From a virus (Duplodnaviria > Caudoviricetes): a DNA stretch of 64,000 nucleotides. Shown in pieces: positions 42,136-51,718 of the stretch; within the stretch, counting starts at the first letter, position 1, and every line of letters begins with the position of its first letter. A model generated the notes under the pieces. The model worked only from the letters and a program-made list of their open reading frames with translations, searched no databases and was not told the origin of the DNA. The stretch is from IMG/VR virus record IMGVR_UViG_3300045015_000053. One strand, given 5' to 3'. The position numbers and the translations under genes were made by a program.

Positions 42136-44991
42136 ATGAAGAACGAGGAAGTTGACACACTTCGCATGATGTGCAAGGACGCCCTCGCCGCACGCAACCT
42201 TCAAAACTGCCCGATTCACACCAAGCGACTGAAGTGGGAGATCGCCGAGATCAAGGCCCAAGACGAGGCCGCGTACTTCATCGACCTTCACGCCCGTGGC
42301 GTGAAGTACCCCAAGAACGAAAACAACCTTCTCGTCGCGTGGCTGCTCGGCATCTGCGACGACTATGAGATCGAGAAAGACCCTGAGTGCAACTACGGGG
42401 AGTTCCCCGACATTGACGTGGACTACCTCAAGGTGGTCCGCGACTACCTGAAGAACGAGTGGGCGTTGAAGGAGTTCGACGGCCAGGGCTTCCATACTTG
42501 CAGCATCGGCAACTACAACACCTTCGGGATCAAGCAGGGCTTCATCGAGTGCGCGGTCACCTACGGGGAAGACCGCCACGAGATCAACGCCATCACCAAG
42601 CAACTCAAACTCAAGGACGACGAGGGCAAGGGGCTGACGTTCGACAAGGCTCTCGAACTGTATCCCGAACTCAAGGCGTATTCCGAGAAGTACCCGCACA
42701 TCGCGCGGGCGGTGAAGAAGATGCTTCACCGAAACAAGAACATGGGGAAGCACGCGGGCGGTCTGATCATCGCCGACAGCCCCATCGACAACCTCGTGCC
42801 GCTCGTCAAGAACGCGAAGGACGGGAGCATCAGTTCGGCGTGGGTGGAGGGTCTGCACGGTCAGGACTTGGGGCCGGTAGGTCTGATCAAGTTCGACATG
42901 CTCGTCATCGCGGACCTTGAACGGATCGCGATGATCAACCGGATCATCAAGAAGCGGCACGGGCTTCAGGGCGTGTGCGCCAAGCCGGAAACGCCGGACT
43001 GGGACTGGAGCGACGGCAGCTACCGCCACGACCCGAAGACCCTCGAACTGGCGAACAAGGCCGACCTTCTGGGCATCTTCCAGTTCGACTCGGACGGGAT
43101 TCGGAAGTTGGTCCGCGAGGGCGGGGTGACCAACTTCCGCGACATCGTCGCGTACAGTGCGATCTACCGGCCCGGCCCGCTCAACATGAAGATGGACAAG
43201 GCGTACACCGAGCGGAAGCACGGCCGGGAGGAGTACACCGTACACCAACTGCTCGAAAAGTACCTCGGCTACACCTACGGTGTCATGTGCTTCCAAGAGC
43301 AGGTAATGCAGATGCTCCACTTCGCGGGCAACATCCCGCTGAAGGATACCTACGCCGTCGTCAAAGCCATCGCCAAGAAGAAGGTCAAGGGTTTCGCCAA
43401 GTACAAAGAAAAGTTCATGAAGAACGCGGCGGTCAATCTCGGCCTGACCGAAGAACAGGTTGTCCACCTGTGGGGTCAGATCGAGAGCTTCGCCGAGTAC
43501 GGTTTCAACCGCTCGCACAGTTGTGCGTACAGCTACATATCGGCGCGTCTGCTGTATCAGAAGGCCAACTACCCGTTGGAGTTCTGGGCCGGCACGCTCG
43601 CGTGCGAAGAAGACACTGACACGCTGAACCTGTACCGCCGTCAGGCTCAACGGGCCGGGGTGTCGCCGAACTACATCGACCTGAACAAGAGCCACCACAC
43701 TTTCAGCATCTGCGACGAAGACAATCAGATCTACATGGGCTTCGGAAACATCAAGGGCGTGGGCGAAGCCGCCGCCCGGAAGATCGTGGAGGTGCGAGAG
43801 GCGGGCGGGCCGTTCAAGGGCATCGAAGATTTCATGCTGCGGTACGGAACCGACGCGAAAGTTCTCCGCGCCCTCATCGGGTTGAGACTGTTCAAGGAAA
43901 GCGACCCAGTGACGCTCGCGAAGTTCGTGGAGAACTACAAGGAGTACATCACCAAGCAGCGGCAGCGGCACCAGCGGTACAAGGACAGCATGGAACGCTA
44001 CGACGCCAAGATCAAAGAACTGGTTCCGACCAATCTCCACCCTTTCATTTACCGGGACGGTTTCCTAGACAGCGTTCAGAAGAAGCTCGACAAGGACTTG
44101 GAGAAGGAAGTCGAGATCGAGGAAGAGTACGAAACTGGCGAGACGCAAGAGATCGAAAAGGTCGTTCGCGTTCCGAAGAATGACAACAGCGAGGCTTACG
44201 AGGCCGGCGAAGACATTCTTGTTTACGAGGCCGGCGAGGGCGATCAGGACTACGAGGACGTTGAAGCGTACACCGAGGTTGTCGAGAAGGTGACCGTTCC
44301 GGTGATGGCCACTCGGATCATCAAGAAGCTGAAGAAGTACAACCCGTATAAGCAATTGAAGAAGGAGTTTCAGTTGCGGGCGCGGACCATGAGCCAGTAC
44401 GTCGAGCGGAACGAAGAAGAGGCGAAGAACACGCCGAGTCTGGCGACGTTCAATTCGTCGTCCGTCACCATCGACCCGAAATACGTCGCCCTGCTCCGCT
44501 CGCGGTTGCAGTCCGAGGTGACGTATCTGGGGTTCGAGTGGCAGACGGAGATGGAACGCAGCCCGGATTTCAACCCAGACACGCCGCACACTTACGACGA
44601 CGCGGAGATTCTGGCTTCGCAGGGGAAGAGTACCGTGATGCTGGACGGCCAGATCATGGAAGTGCAAAGTAAATTGGCGAAGAACAAGCGGACGAAGTAC
44701 CACTCTCTTGTATTGATAGACGCACTCGGTCGGCGCGGGTACATCAACGTATGGTCGGACGACTGGGAGCGGTGCAAGGACATTCTCAAGAAGGGGAACT
44801 TGGTCCGCTTGGTGGTCCGACAGCCCACCAAAGGATTCAGCAGCTACTCGCTGTGGTCCCCTCGCGACCGTCGCAGCGGTCTGGGCGGTGTCGTCCAAGC
44901 CGTCCGTCTGATGAAGGCGGAAGAAGAAACGCTGTCGGAAGACGACTTCGAGAAGAAGATGACCGAATTAACCGGGGAGACAGATGAGTGA
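42136..44991 (+). CDS. dnaE: DNA polymerase III alpha, C-terminal half (palm catalytic Asp, fingers, HhH, OB)
   Basis: FPDIDVDY, GKHAGG, IKFDML, GIFQFDS, RPGP, QEQVM, YGFNRSHS, KANYPLEF, GFGNIKGVG. Confidence 0.93.
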   Translation: MKNEEVDTLRMMCKDALAARNLQNCPIHTKRLKWEIAEIKAQDEAAYFIDLHARGVKYPKNENNLLVAWLLGICDDYEIEKDPECNYGEFPDIDVDYLKVVRDYLKNEWALKEFDGQGFHTCSIGNYNTFGIKQGFIECAVTYGEDRHEINAITKQLKLKDDEGKGLTFDKALELYPELKAYSEKYPHIARAVKKMLHRNKNMGKHAGGLIIADSPIDNLVPLVKNAKDGSISSAWVEGLHGQDLGPVGLIKFDMLVIADLERIAMINRIIKKRHGLQGVCAKPETPDWDWSDGSYRHDPKTLELANKADLLGIFQFDSDGIRKLVREGGVTNFRDIVAYSAIYRPGPLNMKMDKAYTERKHGREEYTVHQLLEKYLGYTYGVMCFQEQVMQMLHFAGNIPLKDTYAVVKAIAKKKVKGFAKYKEKFMKNAAVNLGLTEEQVVHLWGQIESFAEYGFNRSHSCAYSYISARLLYQKANYPLEFWAGTLACEEDTDTLNLYRRQAQRAGVSPNYIDLNKSHHTFSICDEDNQIYMGFGNIKGVGEAAARKIVEVREAGGPFKGIEDFMLRYGTDAKVLRALIGLRLFKESDPVTLAKFVENYKEYITKQRQRHQRYKDSMERYDAKIKELVPTNLHPFIYRDGFLDSVQKKLDKDLEKEVEIEEEYETGETQEIEKVVRVPKNDNSEAYEAGEDILVYEAGEGDQDYEDVEAYTEVVEKVTVPVMATRIIKKLKKYNPYKQLKKEFQLRARTMSQYVERNEEEAKNTPSLATFNSSSVTIDPKYVALLRSRLQSEVTYLGFEWQTEMERSPDFNPDTPHTYDDAEILASQGKSTVMLDGQIMEVQSKLAKNKRTKYHSLVLIDALGRRGYINVWSDDWERCKDILKKGNLVRLVVRQPTKGFSSYSLWSPRDRRSGLGGVVQAVRLMKAEEETLSEDDFEKKMTELTGETDE

Positions 44992-45553
44992 CATTGTGAT
45001 CACCAACGAGAATTTCAGCCAGCACTTCCACGACGTGCGGACCAACAGTCCCAAACGCGGGCAGGTGATGGCTCGGTACGCTGCCACGGCCGAACTGGTG
45101 GACGGCGATTTGAAGCGGGACATCATCGACATGTTGTGCCTGCACGAGCAGATCGAGTCGGTCATGAAGATCCTCCGCAAGCTCGCCGGCGCGACGGAAA
45201 AGGATGCCATCAAGATCCCGCTGGAGATGTCGCGTGACCTGTTGACGATGACGCCCGACGAGGTGGCCGCGAAGCCCTATCCTTACGTCTGTGAGTTCTT
45301 CTTCTATACGAAGAAGGAACTGATCCCGGTCGATCCGCACTGGACGTGTATCAGCATCGACAACTTGGAGCAATTCCTCGACGCGGCCGACAACAAGTGC
45401 AAAATGACTGCCCGCGTCCTTTCTGACGAGGAGAAACCGAAGGTCGAGCCTACATACGGGCATGACGAAGCAGGAAGCTCCGGTACGGCGTGTACTGACG
45501 ACAGAGAGGCCGAGGCCGGGTCAATTTTCGACATCGATCCAAGCACACCCTGA
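44984..45553 (+). CDS. hypothetical protein
   Basis: GGAG RBS; overlaps the dnaE-C stop. Confidence 0.7.
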   Translation: MSDIVITNENFSQHFHDVRTNSPKRGQVMARYAATAELVDGDLKRDIIDMLCLHEQIESVMKILRKLAGATEKDAIKIPLEMSRDLLTMTPDEVAAKPYPYVCEFFFYTKKELIPVDPHWTCISIDNLEQFLDAADNKCKMTARVLSDEEKPKVEPTYGHDEAGSSGTACTDDREAEAGSIFDIDPSTP

Positions 45554-45560
45554 CGGCACG

Positions 45561-46001
45561 ATGGTTTCCGGTCAGTGGTGGGACTGTCGGGAGTTGTTTC
45601 AAGAAGACTTTACGAAGCGGACGACCACAATTCTGTTAGCGCACCGGCAAGGTCACTTCAATCGAGTCAGGTCTTTCGTGTCTCTGGCCGAAGAGATCCT
45701 CGGCGTCTCGAACTCCGAGATCGGGCCGACACAACGCAAAACGATCAGCCACATCCTCCCATCGGACTTTTGGGTGAACTGTCCGATGAGGAGGAGCTTG
45801 TTTTCCATCTTGTTGCGTGTGGCCTTGAAGTACGAGGGTGATTTTGACGAGGCTGTTGAGAAGAACCACTACGCTCAGAAAACCAAACCGGCCATCGAGC
45901 GGTTCTTTGCGGGCTACACCCACTACACCGGGCGGATGACCGGCTGGTGCGACCAGTTCGCCGGCCGATCTTCCAAGAGAGTCGAGAGATTGTTGGTGTG
46001 A
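45561..46001 (+). CDS. hypothetical protein
   Basis: ORF 45462-46001; start codon uncertain. Confidence 0.55.
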   Translation: MVSGQWWDCRELFQEDFTKRTTTILLAHRQGHFNRVRSFVSLAEEILGVSNSEIGPTQRKTISHILPSDFWVNCPMRRSLFSILLRVALKYEGDFDEAVEKNHYAQKTKPAIERFFAGYTHYTGRMTGWCDQFAGRSSKRVERLLV

Positions 46002-46042
46002 GCTTCTAAATAGTTGGTGCCTAAGCACGCAAAGGATGAACA

Positions 46043-46702
46043 ATGAGCAAAATACTTGGACCGGAATTTGACGACTGGGTCGCACAATGGGAGAAGGCGC
46101 AATCTGACGGCACGTTCGAGAACGCGCCGAAGCCGCCCGTTCAAAACAACAACAGTTTCTTCGGCATGAACTATTCGACCGAGGATTCCGACCTTCCGCC
46201 GGGCGATGCGGACACCCAATACTGGAACCAAGTTTACCAGCGTTCCGACCATTCCGGCCAAGCCCCGGACATCGCCGCTCCAGAAGAGATGTTGACCGAA
46301 ACCAAGAAAAAGCCGGTCGAGAAGAAGCCGGAACCGCCCAAGAAGAAGGTCAAGCCCCTACCCGAACGGCGTCCGCTGAACGAAGAGGCCGTCGATCCGA
46401 ACATCAAGAAGATCGTGAAGGGCAACCAAAACAGTCCGAACCCGATTTACTACTACAGTGCCGGCAAGGACCAAGAGCCGCACGTCACGCCGAACTTCAC
46501 TGACGGCCCGAAGATGCGCGAACTGATCGACCTCAAGTTGAAAGTTCACGCTCTGGAAGGCAAGGTCAACACTATGATTGGAGAAGGTAAGCCCGACACG
46601 CAGGTGGACAAAGTCGAGAGGGAACTTCGCAAAATTCGTGAAAAGCTCGATGAACTGAGCGACACCTTGAACGGCGGATGGGCAGGCTCAATAGAGGACT
46701 AA
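46043..46702 (+). CDS. hypothetical protein (Pro/Lys-rich centre, C-terminal coiled coil)
   Basis: AAGGA RBS; TAAATA box upstream. Confidence 0.75.
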   Translation: MSKILGPEFDDWVAQWEKAQSDGTFENAPKPPVQNNNSFFGMNYSTEDSDLPPGDADTQYWNQVYQRSDHSGQAPDIAAPEEMLTETKKKPVEKKPEPPKKKVKPLPERRPLNEEAVDPNIKKIVKGNQNSPNPIYYYSAGKDQEPHVTPNFTDGPKMRELIDLKLKVHALEGKVNTMIGEGKPDTQVDKVERELRKIREKLDELSDTLNGGWAGSIED

Positions 46703-46705
46703 CTC

Positions 46706-47254
46706 ATGGCGTTGAAACCCTGGACCGCACCAGAAACGGTCAACAAGTTGCTCGAAAAAGTCTTTGACAAACACCACGGCGACCGACTGACTAACCTGAA
46801 GATCTCAGTTAGTTTTGACGATTCCAAGCCGTTCGCCAAGAACAAGATGAATCTCGGAAAACTGGTGAAGGTCAGGGATCTTGACAAGTTGCACATGTCC
46901 GTCAAGTACGACTACTACGTCGTGGTTTCTTCGGATTTGTGGCACTCGGCGTTGAACGATCACCAGCGGGAAGCCTATATTGACCTGCACCTGACCCGAT
47001 TGGCTCCCGAATACCAGCCCGTGACCGTTGTCGAGGGCAAGAAAAAGAAGGTGGTGAAGGACCAGTGGGGTCGGGTAGAATACACAAAGGATCTCAAGCT
47101 GGATGCTAACGGCGATCCGATATGGCGTGTGTCGCCGATTGACCTCTACACTTGTGCCGAAAACGCCCGCAAATACGGGCTTTGGCTTGAGGCGATGGAG
47201 GAGTTCGACGCGGCTTGTCGGCACGGGAAGGCCACTGCTAAGGACCAGCAGTAA
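46706..47254 (+). CDS. hypothetical protein, phage metallopeptidase-like fold without an intact HExxH
   Basis: GK..KV, YDYYVVV..DLW..LNDHQREAYIDLHL pattern. Confidence 0.55.
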   Translation: MALKPWTAPETVNKLLEKVFDKHHGDRLTNLKISVSFDDSKPFAKNKMNLGKLVKVRDLDKLHMSVKYDYYVVVSSDLWHSALNDHQREAYIDLHLTRLAPEYQPVTVVEGKKKKVVKDQWGRVEYTKDLKLDANGDPIWRVSPIDLYTCAENARKYGLWLEAMEEFDAACRHGKATAKDQQ

Positions 47255-47275
47255 GCCGCTATACCAGAGGGGAAA

Positions 47276-48433
47276 ATGAGTAAGTCAGAGAAGACCGCCG
47301 GGTTGACCGAATCGACCGGCGGCGAGAAGCATGGTCAAGATTCGGACGACAATTCCAAGCAAGATTCAGACCGTAAACCTACCTGTCTGGACCGCGCCTA
47401 CAAACTCTGTGCGGAGCGGCTCCAAGACGCACCTCGTCGGGTGGCGATCTTCGCCCACCCGGTTCCCGACCCTGACGCCATCGGCTCGATGATGGGCCTG
47501 TCGTGGTTCATGCGGAAAGCCTTCGATGTCGAGGTGGACTGCTTCTACGACGGTGTCATCAGCCACCCGCAGAACGTCTCCGTGGTAAACCTTCTTGACC
47601 CCGAACTCAAGAACATGGAAGACTTCCAGACGCAGAACTATGCGTTGCGGATGCTGGTGGACACCGTTCCGTCGCACGCCGCAGTCGGCAAGAACCAAGT
47701 CGATTTCGACTTGGTGTTCGACCACCACAAGGAAACTCCCAACGGCGGTTTCCGTGGCATCTTCGTCAATCTGAAGGCCGGTAGCTGTTGCGCTACCATC
47801 TACCAGTTCATCAAGTCGCGCGGCCTCGCGTTCGACTCCGGTAACGACCGGGACAGCCAGATCGCGACCGCGATGATGGTCGGCATCGCCACCGACACCG
47901 AGAACCTGCTCTCGGACGACACGACCGAGTACGAGTTCGAGGCGTACTGGAAGCTGTTCCCGTACCGCGATTCGGACGCACTGAAAAAGATCGTCAACTA
48001 CAAGCGGCCCAAGTCGTGGGTGGACGCGAAAGCGAACGCTTCTCGTGAAGCGGTCATCAACGGCGAGGGCGTAGGCGTCGTCGGCCTCGGCTTCATCAAC
48101 AGCCGCCAACGCGACCTGATCGCCGACGTTGCCGACGAGATGTCCACATGGGTCAACGTCGAAACCGCAATCGCTTTCGCGGTCGTGGACGGCGACCGGA
48201 TCGAAGGTAGTGTTCGCTCCACGAACCCCAGTGTTTCGGTTCCGGCCTTGTGCAAGGAACTGGGCATGAAGTGCGGTTCCGGCGGCGGCAAGCTCGGCAA
48301 GGGTGCCTACCGCTACGGTCTGGGCGGCGTGTCGGTCGAAGAGGACGAGGAAGAGGATACACGGGCCAAGATGTGGGAGTTCATCAAGACGAAGGAAACC
48401 CGCCGAATCACAAAGATTGCTCGCGGTAGCTGA
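47276..48433 (+). CDS. DHH/DHHA1 phosphoesterase (NrnA/GdpP-like)
   Basis: HPVPDPDAIGS, LVDT, FDHH, GIATDT, GSVRS, GGG. Confidence 0.9.
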   Translation: MSKSEKTAGLTESTGGEKHGQDSDDNSKQDSDRKPTCLDRAYKLCAERLQDAPRRVAIFAHPVPDPDAIGSMMGLSWFMRKAFDVEVDCFYDGVISHPQNVSVVNLLDPELKNMEDFQTQNYALRMLVDTVPSHAAVGKNQVDFDLVFDHHKETPNGGFRGIFVNLKAGSCCATIYQFIKSRGLAFDSGNDRDSQIATAMMVGIATDTENLLSDDTTEYEFEAYWKLFPYRDSDALKKIVNYKRPKSWVDAKANASREAVINGEGVGVVGLGFINSRQRDLIADVADEMSTWVNVETAIAFAVVDGDRIEGSVRSTNPSVSVPALCKELGMKCGSGGGKLGKGAYRYGLGGVSVEEDEEEDTRAKMWEFIKTKETRRITKIARGS

Positions 48434-48456
48434 AAACTGTTAAGATCGCGCGTGTA

Positions 48457-48493
48457 AATAGCGTCGTGCCGTTTTGTGCGGCACGACGCTATT
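48457..48493. terminator. 15-bp inverted repeat overlapping a TAAATA box
   Basis: AATAGCGTCGTGCCG/CGGCACGACGCTATT. Confidence 0.6.
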
Positions 48494-48509
48494 ATGATTT
48501 AGGAGGCGT

Positions 48510-48770
48510 ATGACGCAGAGCGAAGTGGTTAAACTTCAACCACAACCGGCAGAACAGCAGATCCATGTGGCCGATTATGTGCCGAACCAACCACGATTCA
48601 GCATCCGCTGTCAAAAGTGTCGTTGGGCGGTTGTGAACGGCGGCACGCGACCCGAACTCGCCGGTCTTCACGAGATCCCGAACAATTGCCCGACCTGTGG
48701 CAAAGCGAGGCAGTTCAAGTGTCCGAAGTGTGGCCGACCGGCGAAAATGACGCGAGTCAAGGGTGCCTGA
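48510..48770 (+). CDS. multi-CxxC zinc-finger protein
   Basis: CQKC, CPTC, CPKC; AGGAGG RBS. Confidence 0.75.
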   Translation: MTQSEVVKLQPQPAEQQIHVADYVPNQPRFSIRCQKCRWAVVNGGTRPELAGLHEIPNNCPTCGKARQFKCPKCGRPAKMTRVKGA

Positions 48771-49993
48771 TCCACAAGAAGGGCGACCTCCCTTCTTGTA
48801 GCGGCAGGTTCGTTCCGCACATCAACTACGTTGACGGGAACGGTCTTTATCGCGGCAAAGAGAACACCCCCGCCGAACTCAAGTTCAAGGTGTTCAAGTT
48901 TTCCAACAGGAAGCGTCCCGACGACATCAACAAAAGACTCATCGTCTCCGTCTTCAGCGAATTCGGGTGTGAGTCCCTGGCAGTCAACTACTGCTTGCCG
49001 TTCCTGTTCAATACACAGCCGCAATACTACCGGATCGCGGTCAGTTGGTACGGCCGCGAGTACCTCTATCGCCACTTGGTGGACGAGTTCTGGGAGCTTG
49101 AGGAGCCGCACCAGTGGCTCCGCGAGTACAGCCGGGCGTTCGCCCACGAGTCGAAAACGATGGACAAGATCGAACGCGCCCTGTCGCAACAAGGCGTGTT
49201 CCTCCCCGCCGCCGTGTTGGGCAACTTCTGCGTCGGCTACTTCTGCACGCAGTGCAAGATTTACTGGGGCGATCCGACCAACAGCGCAAAAGTCTGTCAG
49301 CAGTGCAAAAGCCCGCACCTCGTCCACAGCATGTTCTCCCGCGTTCCAGAATTCCGACCCCACATCACTCCGGTCCCGCGTCCCGGCCCCGAAGCGATGA
49401 AGAAGGTCGCTCACATGGTCAAGCCGAATATGGTCGGCATTTTCGCGCGGCGGCGAGTCTCTTATGGCAGGAACCTGTCTGCGGATTTTTACGCCGATCT
49501 GATCCGGCGTTTGGAATCGATGGGCTACAACGTGATTTGGCTCGGAGAGAAGCAAAGTACACTCCCGTGTCCGCTGCCGCACGTCACGGACTTTTCACGC
49601 ATGCCAGAATCGCGTGATCTCGAACTCACCCTGTCGATCATTTCGCAGTGCAAGTTCACGGTCCAACTTTGGACGGCCTCAACACGGTTTGCGGCGATGA
49701 TGGGGGTTCCGTACCTGATCGTGGAGACGCCGGACCAAATCGCCGGCCCGCCCGGACAGGAAGGCATTCGCCTCGCTCTTTTGACGAAGAGTTACAAGCA
49801 CAAGAAGATGGTGTACTCGCACTTCCGGTGTTTCGAGGACGACACCCCTGGCGGGCTGGCCGCAATTGAGAGGGGCATCAGGGAAATGGAAGCCGGCAAC
49901 TTCAAGGACGTGATCGGCCCGGTCGAGAACGAGTACAACGTCATCAAAAAAATGTCACAGTGCAAAGTATGGGACAGTATGGAGGACAGGTGA
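48719..49993 (+). CDS. GT9-like glycosyltransferase-fold protein with a zinc-ribbon insert
   Basis: SEFGCE, GYNVIWLGE, LELTLSIISQCKFTV...ASTRFAAMMGVPYL; start codon uncertain. Confidence 0.55.
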   Translation: MSEVWPTGENDASQGCLIHKKGDLPSCSGRFVPHINYVDGNGLYRGKENTPAELKFKVFKFSNRKRPDDINKRLIVSVFSEFGCESLAVNYCLPFLFNTQPQYYRIAVSWYGREYLYRHLVDEFWELEEPHQWLREYSRAFAHESKTMDKIERALSQQGVFLPAAVLGNFCVGYFCTQCKIYWGDPTNSAKVCQQCKSPHLVHSMFSRVPEFRPHITPVPRPGPEAMKKVAHMVKPNMVGIFARRRVSYGRNLSADFYADLIRRLESMGYNVIWLGEKQSTLPCPLPHVTDFSRMPESRDLELTLSIISQCKFTVQLWTASTRFAAMMGVPYLIVETPDQIAGPPGQEGIRLALLTKSYKHKKMVYSHFRCFEDDTPGGLAAIERGIREMEAGNFKDVIGPVENEYNVIKKMSQCKVWDSMEDR

Positions 49994-51129
49994 ACCGACT
50001 GGATCTCAAAGAGTACCTCGATTTGGCCTGCAAGCGTAACGGCCTCATCCGGCACTCCTACGAAGACAAGAACATCCCCAACGAGTTCGAGAACATTTGC
50101 GTCATGCCGTTCTTCGGCGACACGCGGCACACGTTCTTGGCTTCGAGTCTGTTGATGAGGCGATACCGAGAGGAGACAAAGGGGTCCAAATACTTTGTGC
50201 TGATCTCTTGGCCGGGCCATCAGAACTTGTTCTCGTGTGCCGACGAATTCTGGTCGCCAGATCCGAGTCTCGCCAAGAAGTTGTTGTCCGGTGTCAGTCG
50301 GTTTTCAAACAAGTCCGACGCCTATTCGTTGATGTTGACCGGCGTCCTCGAATCGTTCCGCGACGTGTCGAAGCCAGAGGTTTTCAACGAGTACCACTAC
50401 AACGGCATCCAACAGGCGTTCTGGGATCGTTACCGTCACGTCAAGGTTTGGTTGCCTCAGATCTCTTCGCACGCCGTTTTGAACAAGGAATTCAGTCGGG
50501 AGGTCGCTGCGGCTCCGGGGTACAAGGTGTTGCTGTTGCCGACGCTGTCTGTCGATTCGTGGAAGTTGGGGCGAGTCGTCCAGACGCCGGTCCACAGAGA
50601 CTTCTGGATCGCTCTGGTCAAACACTTGAAGCGTGAGGGTTTCGCGCCGGTCGTAGTCAGGAACTACAACACCTACGACATCAGCCAGGATACCGCCGCC
50701 GACGCGGTCCATTTGGCCGATCCCGATGTCAACAAGCTGACTGCGGCGATGAGGCTGTGCGGGTGCGTTCTCGACGTGTTCAACGGTGCGTCTAGGTACG
50801 CGATAGCGGCCCGGACGCCTTACCTGTGCTGTGACGAGCGGTCGCGGTATTTTGGGAGCCGGGACTACGAGGTAGACGACCTGTGCGGGTCTAAGGTGCC
50901 GCGAGAGTACGTCTATACTTTTTCTTCAATTTGTCAGATGCCGGCCCCCTATTGGGAACCCTCGCTATTTCGGCACGTTACAATGAAGCTGCAAGAGTTT
51001 CTGCCGGGCCTCGACCGTGATCGCTGGCCGCTGACGACAGAGACGAACCAGATTGTTCCTTACGACTCCGTGCGGAAGATCAAAAGGAAGAAACTGGGTA
51101 CAAAACTTCTCAAGATTATTAGGGACTGA
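49990..51129 (+). CDS. GT9-like glycosyltransferase-fold paralogue
   Basis: PFFGD, FWIALVKHL, LTAAMRLCGCVLDVFNGASRYAIAARTPYL. Confidence 0.55.
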   Translation: MNRLDLKEYLDLACKRNGLIRHSYEDKNIPNEFENICVMPFFGDTRHTFLASSLLMRRYREETKGSKYFVLISWPGHQNLFSCADEFWSPDPSLAKKLLSGVSRFSNKSDAYSLMLTGVLESFRDVSKPEVFNEYHYNGIQQAFWDRYRHVKVWLPQISSHAVLNKEFSREVAAAPGYKVLLLPTLSVDSWKLGRVVQTPVHRDFWIALVKHLKREGFAPVVVRNYNTYDISQDTAADAVHLADPDVNKLTAAMRLCGCVLDVFNGASRYAIAARTPYLCCDERSRYFGSRDYEVDDLCGSKVPREYVYTFSSICQMPAPYWEPSLFRHVTMKLQEFLPGLDRDRWPLTTETNQIVPYDSVRKIKRKKLGTKLLKIIRD

Positions 51130-51138
51130 GGGCTTTAT

Positions 51139-51423
51139 ATGTCAGTCGCGAATGTTCGGGTGGTTGCGAGCAACACGTCGTACAACGCCACCCGCGATGA
51201 ACGTGATCGGAACTTCAAGCATTTGTTCAAGGCTTTCAAGAGGGCGGTCGGTGCGGCCGGCGTGTTGAAGGAGTACAAGCGTCACGAGAGCTACGAGAGT
51301 CCTGCCAGGAAGAAACGCAGGAAGAAGCGTGAGTCCATGATCAACGCCTTGCGAGCCAAAATGCGTGAAAGCTTCCCGTACAGCAACAAGGACAAACCCA
51401 ATAAAGAGAGGGAAGTTGAGTAA
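51139..51423 (+). CDS. rpsU: ribosomal protein bS21-like
   Basis: FKHLFKAFKRAVGAAGVLKEYKRHESYESPARKKRRKK matches the bS21 pattern. Confidence 0.75.
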   Translation: MSVANVRVVASNTSYNATRDERDRNFKHLFKAFKRAVGAAGVLKEYKRHESYESPARKKRRKKRESMINALRAKMRESFPYSNKDKPNKEREVE

Positions 51424-51718
51424 AGGCAAAAAGCAGGACATCGCCAGCTTCAGCATGCCGATGGCGATGCAGGAAAAGCTCAAGCGGGTCAAAGAGAAAA
51501 AGGGTATCAAGTCGGTCAGCAAGCTCGTGCGTGATCTTGTTGACCGATATGTCATCGAAGACGACGACGTGGTGCCTGTAGTTCTGAAAGTACCCGCCCA
51601 ACTCAAGGGCAACCCACAAGCACTCCGTCAATGGCTCGACAACCGCATTCCGAACGTCGTCGCGGCCCTCAGCCAGCCCGAAAAGGTGGAGAAGAGTGAA
51701 GAAAGCGATGAAGAATAA
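51416..51718 (+). CDS. ribbon-helix-helix DNA-binding protein
   Basis: ASFSMPMAMQEKLKRVKEKKGIKSVSKLVRDLVDRYV. Confidence 0.65.
   Translation: MSKGKKQDIASFSMPMAMQEKLKRVKEKKGIKSVSKLVRDLVDRYVIEDDDVVPVVLKVPAQLKGNPQALRQWLDNRIPNVVAALSQPEKVEKSEESDEE

Noticed and set aside
36600-42450. Split intein joining the dnaE halves
   Set aside because: There is no Cys/Ser-initiated IntN after the N-extein and no His-Asn-Cys IntC at the start of DnaE-C.
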